A stretch of DNA of 64,000 bases from Nanobdellota archaeon (GTDB lineage: Archaea; Nanobdellota; Nanobdellia; Woesearchaeales; JAHIVG01): NCBI GenBank assembly GCA_043806015.1, contig JAZDHH010000008.1, positions 37,695-101,694 on the forward strand, read 5' to 3'. The notes beneath the pieces are model-generated. The model made no database searches. It worked only from the letters and a program-made list of their open reading frames with translations, and was not told where the DNA came from. The translations under genes were made by a program, and so were the position numbers. Shown one piece after another: positions 8,436 to 17,300 of the stretch; position 1 is the first letter of the stretch; each line of letters begins with the position of its first letter.

Positions 8436-10345
8436 TGTGCTCCACCCATCTTTCTGACCACAAAGCAAGCATAATCTATTAGGCGTTCATTCATTTCCTT
8501 TCCAAGAATTTCTGTGCTTAATTGATTATCGGGCATATAAACTTCAGGAACAAGCTCAAATAATGGGCTATTGAAATCCACAGGGCAGGCATAGCAGATT
8601 CGCGGAACCTTCCGAACAGATATGTTCTGATTTTCTATGAATGATTTAAGCAATTCCGTATACGTTTCAAAATCGTTCGGTTCCTCAGATGAAGGAACTC
8701 TTTTTCCTTTCTTTTTAATGGATCCATCTCGTAGCAATCGTAACCATAACACCTTTTGTTGTCTAGGATGAGGAACACCCTTTTTTACAAATATTCCTAT
8801 TGTTTCGACAGCCACAGGATAAAACAATTCGGGAGGGAATGTAATGACCGACAATAGGGTGTTATGCTCTAATAATTCAGATAATCGCCAGTTCTTATCT
8901 TCTCCTCCCTCAACCATGACAGATACTGGCAATACGCTAAAAAGGATGCATCTATCCTGCATTTGCTCCAACGCGTGCTGAATGAATTTATACTCTTTTT
9001 CATCGTTTTTCTTGAGAGCAAAGGGAGGATTCATTAACACTTTCGTAGCGCCAGGACTTCTAACCCTCGGCAGGGAATCATTATTAAACAACTGGGCGCT
9101 TAACCTCCCGCCAACTGTTTTCGCTATAAGTGATTTTGAAAAGCAGTTTCCCTCCGTGATATTATTTTTTCCGTCTCCACGAAATATCATATTTACTATT
9201 GCTAATGCAGCCACTTCGGGTTCTTGTTCTACGCCAAATAGACCATTATTCTTGAAATATTCTACGTCATCAGAACGAGCGGTTTTTCTTGCATTGTCGA
9301 AAGCCGCAACGAGAAATCCTCCAGTTCCGCAAGTAGGGTCAAAAACAACATCACGATGCGATACGTTCAAGATGCTCGCCGCGAATCGCGTTATGTGTCT
9401 GGGTGTCAGGACTATACCTATTTCTTTCGCACCGTTTCCATATTTCAGGAACACCTCGTAGAAGCTGCCTAATACGTCTGTTCCTGAGTTCATAGCAGAA
9501 CGTATATTGAGGTTTTCTAACTCAAGAATAGTTTTCACTAACGCATTTTTAAATTTGATGTGGTTATCTTGACTTGGGGGGAGAGCAATTTTTATGCAAT
9601 CGAAAAACTCTTGTTTTCTATTTCTTATTAGTATGTTCTCTGCTCGGGAATTAATTTCTTGAATCAATACTCGCGGAGCGGCATCAACATTCGGACGAGT
9701 ATCATCTACCATTGAAAGAAGCAATGCTGCCATTACGCGAGCGCGTTGGTTTTTGTTAATTGCTCCAATATGAAGTATTTTGTTTATCTCTTCTGCTGCA
9801 CGTAAGAATAACTGTTCATCAATAGGCAGATCCTCTATTTCAGGGGAGTTTGCTTCGAGTATTAGGCGTGCGAGTGTTGGTGAAACGAAACCTGTTATCT
9901 CTTTACCATTGATTGTTATTGTGTGATATGTTCCGTTTTTCAAGAATTTACTCTTGACAAGAAAGCCGTCTGTTGAGTTACCAGCGACACCAGATATTAT
10001 TCTTGCTTTCAATATTCTACTCGCGTTAATCTTTCCGGCATAATCGTTTTCCGCCTCGGTAAGTGCCTGTGAAATCTGATCTTTATTTCTTTTCGCTTCA
10101 ATTACATACAACTCTGATTCTGTAATCTTGACGATGTTCTCTGGATGCGCTCTTACCAAGAAACGTTTTATCTCTTCATTGTCCAAACATTCTGTTTGAG
10201 TATATACCTGCCCCGCCGCTACCCTGTTAGGATTTTTAATGTTCCATCCTTGAATTGCTAAATATTCCTTGATGAACGCGTAGGCATCAACTTCCGAGTT
10301 TCTCGCTCGTGGCATGGGTATCACGGGAATATTTTCAAGGGGCAA
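8432..10345 (-). CDS. Fused PD-(D/E)XK nuclease-like domain plus N6-adenine DNA methyltransferase (type IIG / type I-like R-M enzyme)
   Basis: 637 aa. The N-terminus reads ...HPENIVKITESELYVIEAKRN (E...ExK nuclease motif). AdoMet motif I is VFDPTCGTGGFLV and catalytic motif IV is VLMNPPF. Confidence 0.8.
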   Translation of the reverse strand: MPLENIPVIPMPRARNSEVDAYAFIKEYLAIQGWNIKNPNRVAAGQVYTQTECLDNEEIKRFLVRAHPENIVKITESELYVIEAKRNKDQISQALTEAENDYAGKINASRILKARIISGVAGNSTDGFLVKSKFLKNGTYHTITINGKEITGFVSPTLARLILEANSPEIEDLPIDEQLFLRAAEEINKILHIGAINKNQRARVMAALLLSMVDDTRPNVDAAPRVLIQEINSRAENILIRNRKQEFFDCIKIALPPSQDNHIKFKNALVKTILELENLNIRSAMNSGTDVLGSFYEVFLKYGNGAKEIGIVLTPRHITRFAASILNVSHRDVVFDPTCGTGGFLVAAFDNARKTARSDDVEYFKNNGLFGVEQEPEVAALAIVNMIFRGDGKNNITEGNCFSKSLIAKTVGGRLSAQLFNNDSLPRVRSPGATKVLMNPPFALKKNDEKEYKFIQHALEQMQDRCILFSVLPVSVMVEGGEDKNWRLSELLEHNTLLSVITFPPELFYPVAVETIGIFVKKGVPHPRQQKVLWLRLLRDGSIKKKGKRVPSSEEPNDFETYTELLKSFIENQNISVRKVPRICYACPVDFNSPLFELVPEVYMPDNQLSTEILGKEMNERLIDYACFVVRKMGGAQ

Positions 10346-10556
10346 CTGAGGTATTTGAATGCTTTACGGTCGAATGTCTTGTGGTTATTTGACCAGTGAT
10401 TTCGGCTTTCTTATTGGATTTCCGGGGCATTTTCCAGTAGGGGCTCTTGCATTTTGGGCATATTATTGGTTCAGTCTCTTTTTTTGTTCTTGGTATCCAT
10501 TCGTGGCCACATCTTTCGCATTTGTAGCCTTCGACAGTGATCTTGATCTTTGCCAT
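10335..10556 (-). CDS. Zinc-ribbon protein heading the R-M-like operon
   Basis: 73 aa with CERCGHEW...CPKCKSPYW. It overlaps the methyltransferase start by 11 nt. Confidence 0.55.
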   Translation of the reverse strand: MAKIKITVEGYKCERCGHEWIPRTKKETEPIICPKCKSPYWKMPRKSNKKAEITGQITTRHSTVKHSNTSVAP

Positions 10557-10688
10557 GACTTTGACAATGTTTTACTCCTTTAAATAACTTTCTAAAGATT
10601 TGTTTATAAAGACTATTCTTTTATAAGTAATTTTACGATAAATTTATATATAAGTTATACTTATATAAGTTATACCTAACAAGGTAGG

Positions 10689-11831
10689 GTGATAAAGATT
10701 ATAAATCAGATCGCAATCACCGAACAAGAACTACACAGAAAGGTGAAAGAGCTATTAGGGTTAATAAACAATGTTGGAACGCCAGAACACAAAAAGCTGG
10801 CAGCAGAACTTCTTGATACATACACTGCTATAAACGCAAAGGGCAAAGAAAAAACCACTTACTCTCAGGAATGGCACGCCTACAATCAAGCCCAGCAGAA
10901 GGAGAAGATCATGCTGATGAGTCTCCTCGATGAGCTACTGAGCTACATTCGCTTTCCAGACAACAAAGGAATCGGTAGACACCCAATTTCATTGCGAGAT
11001 CGCATCTTCTATTTAGCAATGCAGTGCTATAACACGAAAAGCTCCCGGAGATGCATCAGCGACTTGGAAATAGCTAAAAAGCTTGGATACGTCACAAAAT
11101 CACCTCACTTTAATACAGTTCTAAAAATCCAAAAAGACCCCGAATTGACCAAGTACCTCATGCACCTGGTAAAAGTCGCAGGAATCCCCTTACAGAAGGT
11201 TGAGCACGACTTTGCCATCGATAGTTCTGGATTCTCCACGTCACAGTTCGGCAGGTGGTTCGATGTAAGATTAGGCTCTGAGAATGAAAAACGAACCTAC
11301 AAGAAAGTCCACCTGACCTGCGGAGTCATCACAAACATCATCACCGCTGTCAAAATTACGCCAGGAACTTGCAATGATTCCCCTGAACTCCCGAGCCTTG
11401 TCCGACAGACTATTGGTCTCTACAATGTTAGGGAGGTCAGCGCAGACAAAGGATACATCAGCGTCGAGAACCTTGAGACGATCTGGGACCTTGGCGCAAT
11501 CCCCTTTATCCCGTTCAAGGAGAATGTTCGGCAGAATAGCCGTCACGGAATGGTCTGGAAGAAGATGCTTAAGTTCTTCACCGAATATCCCGAAGAATTT
11601 TATCACCACTATCACAAACGGAGTAACGTAGAGAGCACCTTTAATATGCTCAAGCGCAAGTTTGGAAGCCATCTCCGAAGCAGATCTGAGGTTGGTCAAG
11701 CTAACGAGATTCTGGCAAAATGCCTTTGCCATAACCTCTGTGTCCTCATTCAAGAAGCTTTTGAACAAGGAATAGACCTAGATTTTAAAAAATGTGCAGA
11801 AATTGAGATTGCACATAATCAGACTATTTAA
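10689..11831 (+). CDS. DDE transposase, IS4/IS5 superfamily
   Basis: 380 aa with ...AIDSSGF..., ...VSADKGY... and the Y(2)R(3)E(6)K signature YHKRSNVESTFNMLK. GTG start. The stop codon lies inside IR-R. Confidence 0.9.
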   Translation: MIKIINQIAITEQELHRKVKELLGLINNVGTPEHKKLAAELLDTYTAINAKGKEKTTYSQEWHAYNQAQQKEKIMLMSLLDELLSYIRFPDNKGIGRHPISLRDRIFYLAMQCYNTKSSRRCISDLEIAKKLGYVTKSPHFNTVLKIQKDPELTKYLMHLVKVAGIPLQKVEHDFAIDSSGFSTSQFGRWFDVRLGSENEKRTYKKVHLTCGVITNIITAVKITPGTCNDSPELPSLVRQTIGLYNVREVSADKGYISVENLETIWDLGAIPFIPFKENVRQNSRHGMVWKKMLKFFTEYPEEFYHHYHKRSNVESTFNMLKRKFGSHLRSRSEVGQANEILAKCLCHNLCVLIQEAFEQGIDLDFKKCAEIEIAHNQTI

Positions 11832-11843
11832 ATGTGCAAAGCC

Positions 11844-11852
11844 GAGGCGGGG
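11844..11852. repeat. Target-site duplication, right copy (GAGGCGGGG)
   Basis: Identical to 6372-6380. Confidence 0.7.
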
Positions 11853-11923
11853 ATAAAATTTAAAAAGAAGTACTCATTTTAGGGTAGTAATAAAATATTC
11901 ACGCGAAGAGGGGGCGAAATAGC

Positions 11924-14395
11924 ATGGATACCATTGATGATCTTAACCCTATTGATCAAGGTCTTGAAGAGGCCCGAGGTCACTTCAGACGGCGTATGAG
12001 ATTTTCAGCTGCTGCCTCATTGTTCGCTTTTCTCCTTGGAACCGTGCCTCCCGCATTTGCGACCGCTCAACAGGATCCGCAGAAAAAGGAGCCGGTCGGC
12101 ACTACGACAATCATAAAAGGTGTCCCTCAAACATACGAAATCGGAACCGTCGAGGGGTCGATTCAAGCCGATGAGGTAGACGGGCTGAAGCCACTTTTTT
12201 ATGAATGGGTCACCCTTCCGGATAGTACCAAAGAGATGGCAATAGTGAGAGATCGGTATGGCCTCTTCAGGAGCGGCGACTTTAAGGCTCGCGGCACCTG
12301 GCTGGACAGCGCCGGTTTGCCTGATTCAGTCCGCGAGGGCGATGCGGAACAGGTTACCCTTCCCTACGCTCCTCGCGGGACGCCGAGGATTGTCTTTCGG
12401 AATCCGGCGATGACCGAAGCCATCCAGGACGGTTATCTCTCTGCGGAGGAAACGCGGGCGATTGGTCCTGGCCTCTACGCGGGTTATGAATCCTTCGATG
12501 CGAACCCGGATGCAGGTATCTTGCTGCCAGAATCGATTAGGCTGCTCATTCACATCACCGGAGAAGAATCTGTTTTGGAGCGGAAAGTGATTGCACGCGC
12601 TCGAGAGATTGCTGATACGCATAATACCCCGGAACATCCGTACCAGCCAGAAAAGCTGGAAAAACTTGGCGATTTGCTGCACGAATACGACCTGCTCCTG
12701 ACGGAACGCGACAGCATGAAGGTCGAAGTCGATCTAATCAAATTCAATGGCAAGGGGATGACCGCCGAGGAAGCGGAGAGACACATCGGCGACCTGGAAA
12801 AGCGCTTGGCCTCCTTGAGGGACGGGCTAAGTGAGAAAACGACGCTTTTATTGGATGAGTCTAGGCGCGTGAGTGAATATCTCACCACCTCAGGCAAAGG
12901 AAATGTTGATGTAACAAGTGGAACAATCGCTGGTGCGGACCTCTCGGTGAGACGCTTCATCGGGGGGAAGCCTCGATCGGTCACGCTCAGAGACAGCACG
13001 CAGCTCCATCTCTTGCCAGCACAACTCGCTACTTTGGGAGTGGAAGGAAGTTATGAGCCGGACAAATGGGCGGGTCTCGGGACCCTGGAGATCCCCTTTG
13101 GCAGTCCCTTGCTCGTAGTGAGCGGAGGTATCAGCGGTGTCTCTTCAGCATCTTCCTTCGCTCGCTCGCATGACGAGGAACAGGGATGGGTTTCGCAAAC
13201 GATTGATGAACAGGGATATCAAGATCAAAACATCTTGCGGCTCTTGGCAGGATTAGGGCTGCGATGGGGTCGCGTCGCAGGTGATGTGAAATATGTCCGC
13301 GTCGAGAGAAGTGATGAGATCCAGGCTATCACCGACATCTTAACGACGACCCCTCTCGGCTCGGAAAAACGTCGGTATCAAGTCATGCATGCTGAAGACA
13401 CGAATGCAAATATCGGCACAGGTTCATTGACCTTACAGGCGCTCCAGCACTTGTATTTGACCGGACGCCTCCGCCTCCAATCCATTGACGGAAGCGGTCT
13501 TCGCGAGCAAACGTCCATCGCAACCGGGCATGATTCCATCCCTAATGTGAACAAAGCCGATATGCGGCTAAAAGACGGCTCCAGGACAGGGTGGGGGGCA
13601 GAGTTGGGTTATCAGCCAGAGCATGCCCGCCTCTTGTTGGCCTATTTTTCGAGCAGGGGAGATGTTGAGCGTAATGAGAGATGGAATATCAATCCCCTTC
13701 AGGGGACTTTCACCACGAACCTTTGGATGCCGGAATATGCGCATGAATCAGTCGTCATGTCAGGTTCGTGTGACCTTGGCAATCTCCGCCTCCTGGCGCA
13801 CGGCTCCTATGACGATTCCGGGATTGACACCGAGCTGAGGATCGATGGCGAGCTCACTCGCCTCGCGCATGAAGGGACGATCCGACGTGCCGGCAATCTC
13901 GGCCTTTATTGGAGGATGACAGAAGATGTCGCATCCCTGCTCCAGGGGATTGAGCTGCGGAGGATAATGGACGATGACGAGCTCATCCAGGCGTTCACCG
14001 GCCGCCGCCCCCATGAGGATGTCTACCGTCCAGGCATGGGAACCGTCAGGGCGAGAGGGCTCTGGAGAACCGATCGGGCCTCAGAGCAAGATGCTATCGC
14101 GGCAACCAATCGATCGGACAAGATCGATGTCTATGGCGTAACAGTTGAGGGTCTCGTCCCGCTGGGACGGATCTCTTTGGGGACAGGTGCGACGTATGAA
14201 AAGGAAAAGAGGAAAACCGCAGGAGAGCCTCTTCATCCGCACAACGATACAGGATATCGCTTTCATATTGCTCCTGTCGGAGTCATCCCCGTCGGCCATC
14301 TGGATCTATTGTTGAAGGTCGATCTTCAATGGAACCCAGCATTCGATGGAAAACATAGCGGTGGTCGGATAAGTGTCGGTTACGGAGGTCGGTAA
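11924..14395 (+). CDS. Secreted or membrane-anchored hypothetical protein with a beta-strand-rich C-terminal half
   Basis: 823 aa. It has an N-terminal anchor/signal (FSAAASLFAFLLGTVPPAFATAQQ). A GAGGGGG SD-like element and an AT-rich box lie upstream. Its stop is 1 nt before the next gene's ATG. Confidence 0.7.
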   Translation: MDTIDDLNPIDQGLEEARGHFRRRMRFSAAASLFAFLLGTVPPAFATAQQDPQKKEPVGTTTIIKGVPQTYEIGTVEGSIQADEVDGLKPLFYEWVTLPDSTKEMAIVRDRYGLFRSGDFKARGTWLDSAGLPDSVREGDAEQVTLPYAPRGTPRIVFRNPAMTEAIQDGYLSAEETRAIGPGLYAGYESFDANPDAGILLPESIRLLIHITGEESVLERKVIARAREIADTHNTPEHPYQPEKLEKLGDLLHEYDLLLTERDSMKVEVDLIKFNGKGMTAEEAERHIGDLEKRLASLRDGLSEKTTLLLDESRRVSEYLTTSGKGNVDVTSGTIAGADLSVRRFIGGKPRSVTLRDSTQLHLLPAQLATLGVEGSYEPDKWAGLGTLEIPFGSPLLVVSGGISGVSSASSFARSHDEEQGWVSQTIDEQGYQDQNILRLLAGLGLRWGRVAGDVKYVRVERSDEIQAITDILTTTPLGSEKRRYQVMHAEDTNANIGTGSLTLQALQHLYLTGRLRLQSIDGSGLREQTSIATGHDSIPNVNKADMRLKDGSRTGWGAELGYQPEHARLLLAYFSSRGDVERNERWNINPLQGTFTTNLWMPEYAHESVVMSGSCDLGNLRLLAHGSYDDSGIDTELRIDGELTRLAHEGTIRRAGNLGLYWRMTEDVASLLQGIELRRIMDDDELIQAFTGRRPHEDVYRPGMGTVRARGLWRTDRASEQDAIAATNRSDKIDVYGVTVEGLVPLGRISLGTGATYEKEKRKTAGEPLHPHNDTGYRFHIAPVGVIPVGHLDLLLKVDLQWNPAFDGKHSGGRISVGYGGR

Positions 14396-14396
14396 G

Positions 14397-17300
14397 ATGA
14401 GAAAGATGATCTTGATTGCCGCGTTGGTGCTCTTGACAGCATTGCTCATCCCTTCCGTGCTTGCTGACAATCCCTCCATAACCTATTTTGTGTCTGATTA
14501 TGACCCGGATGCGGGCGAGTTAGTCTCCATTCAGGTCGTTGTAAGGTCTGGATATCCCGAAGGCCACATGCTGAATTATTTTAATATCACTGAGGACGGC
14601 CATATCATCAATCGGACCAATTGCATGAATTATTTTTGCGTGAACACCATCAATGTGACTGAGCAATCCGGTAGCCATTTTTTCAGAATCAATGCCATTG
14701 ACATTCAGAAGCATGTCGAAATGGAGTCGTTCACCATCACTTGGCATGTCACCAACAATCCCCCTTATGTGCCGTCCAACCCTGATCCCGCCAATCACGA
14801 GAACGGAGTCGGCAGGGATCATAACCTTTTTTGGATGGGGGGTGACCCTGACGCCGGTGACACGGTGACCTATGACGTCTATTTCGGCCTATTCAACGGG
14901 ACGTTGCCGCTTGTCGGGCGAGATATGCTTTACCCGACCTTCGAGCCAGGACAGCTCGGCTATGAGACGCGATATCAATGGAGGGTTGTCGCCAATGATA
15001 GCCACGGCCTCACTGTGCAGGGCCCGGTCTGGGATTTCATGACCGAGCAGCAGCCCAATCGTCCGCCCGTCGCCGAGGCAGGCGGTCCGTACCAGGGCAA
15101 TGAAGGGTCGACATTCACACTCAATGCATCCAACTCAACAGACCCTGATCATGACACTCTATGGTTCCGCTGGGATTTCCAGAATGACGGTCAGTGGGAC
15201 ACGAACCGTTCCTTGAATCCTATCAGCACTCATCTCTATCGTTATAACGGTAACTTTGTCGCGAAGGTTGAAGTTTGGGATGGCGAGTTAGCCGCGACAG
15301 ATACCGCAACAGTCACGGTCGCGAACGTGCCCATCGCCTCAGCGGACGCGGTGAGCAACGTTTCGAGTGGCTGTATCCCCCTTTCTGTAAGCTTCAATGC
15401 CTCTGCGCAGGGCGGCAACCAACCGTATACCTACCGCTGGGCGTTCGGCGATGGGACCAATTCCTCTCTCCAGAATCCCGTGCACCTCTTTACCGAGGAC
15501 CAGCTGTACAATGTCCTGTTGACGGTAACAGATAATGACGGCGACACCAAGACCGATAGCCTGACTATCGACGCGCAGTATTGCCCGCCGCCGAACCACG
15601 CGCCGGTCGCGGATGCCGGTGGCCCGTATGTTGTCAATGAGGGGCAGAACTTTTTCTTGAACGCATCAAGGTCTTATGATTCTGATGGCGATTCCATTGA
15701 GGTGCGGTGGGACTTGACGGATAATGGGGTCTGGGACACACCTTGGTCTTCGAACAGGTCTTTCCGTACGAATTACACCTCTGCTGGTGTCTACACGGTG
15801 AGGGTCGCGGTCCGTGATCTGTACGGCTTGAATGCGACGAATGTTTCGACGGTCACCGTGACCAACGTGCCGATCAGCTCGATGAACATCTCAGCGAACG
15901 ATACAATTGGTTGTGCTCCTCTTTCGGTCCGTTTCCGTGGTCAGGCTTCTGGGGGCAATCTGCCCTATTCCTGGTTTTGGGATTTTGATGATGGGCAGAA
16001 CAGTTCGCTGCAGAATGTGACGCATGTTTTTGCCGAGCGGCGTTCCTATGTCGTTTCGCTGACGGTGACTGACCTGGATGGGGACGAGTTGTCGGACATG
16101 GTTACGATCAATGCGTCAGATTGTCCGCCGCTGAACCATGCGCCGGTCGCGGATGCAGGCGGCCCGTATGTGGTGGGTGAGGGGCAGAACTTTTTGCTGA
16201 ACGCGTCGAGGTCTTATGATTCTGATGGCGATTCCATTGAGGTGCGGTGGGACTTGACGGATAATGGGGTCTGGGACACACCTTGGTCTTCGAACAGGTC
16301 TTTCCGTACGAATTACACCTCTGCTGGTGTCTACACGGTGCGGGTCGCTGTTCGTGATCTGTACGGCTTGAATGTGACGAATGTTTCGACGGTCACCGTG
16401 AACAACGTGCCGATCTCTTCGGTGGACATCTTGGAGAATGATACTCTTGGTTGTGCTCCTCTTTCGGTGCGATTCCGTGGTCAGGCTTCTGGGGGCAATC
16501 TGCCCTATTCCTGGTTTTGGGATTTTGATGATGGGCAGAACAGTTCGCTGCAGAATGTGACGCATGTCTTCACTCAGCAGCGCACCTATTCAGTGTCTTT
16601 GACCGTGACCGACAACGACGGTGATTTCAGCCAGAATATTGTCACCATTGATGCTTCAGACTGCCCGCCGGTCAACAATCCTCCGAATCAGCCGTTCAAC
16701 CCTGATCCATTTGACGGCGAGATGAACGTCGACATCAACCATAACCTGTACTGGTCTGGCGGCGATCCTGATGCTGGCGACACGGTGAGATATGACGTCT
16801 ATTTCGGGACTTCGGCAAGCCCTCCCATTCTCGTGTCCAACCATCCCACGACCTCGTTCGAGCAGGGCGTCATGACCCATGACACGCATTATTTCTGGAA
16901 GATCATCGCAAGGGACAATCACAACGCGACCAATGCAGGGCCTGTCTGGGATTTCATCACATCCCACTCTGTGCCTCAGAACCATGATCCGGTGGCCAAC
17001 GCCGGCGGCCCCTACAGCGACGACGAAGGGGACACCATCGTCTTCAACGGCTCAGGATCCTATGACCCTGACGATGACGATATCTGGCTCCGCTGGGACT
17101 TTGAGGATGATGGCCTCTATGACACCGACTGGAGCCAGGGCTTCACCGCATCGCACATCTATTATGATAACGGCACCTACACGGTGCGCCTCCAAGTGAA
17201 GGATGAGCATAACGCGATCGCCGAGGACACCGCGACCGTCACGGTCCGTGACAAGTCGCCTGTCGCAATCTTGGCCGGCGACCAGAGCGTTGTCGAGGGC

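Larger units (their letters stand above)
6381..11843. mobile_element. 5463-bp non-composite cargo transposon (IS4/IS5-type transposase plus R-M-like passenger genes)
   Basis: IR-L is GGCTTTGCACAT (6381-6392) and IR-R is ATGTGCAAAGCC (11832-11843), a perfect 12-bp inverted pair flanked by the direct 9-bp GAGGCGGGG. Extra subterminal TTGCACAT/ATGTGCA copies sit at both ends. GC drops from about 60% to about 35-40% inside. IR-R overlaps the transposase stop codon. Confidence 0.7.
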
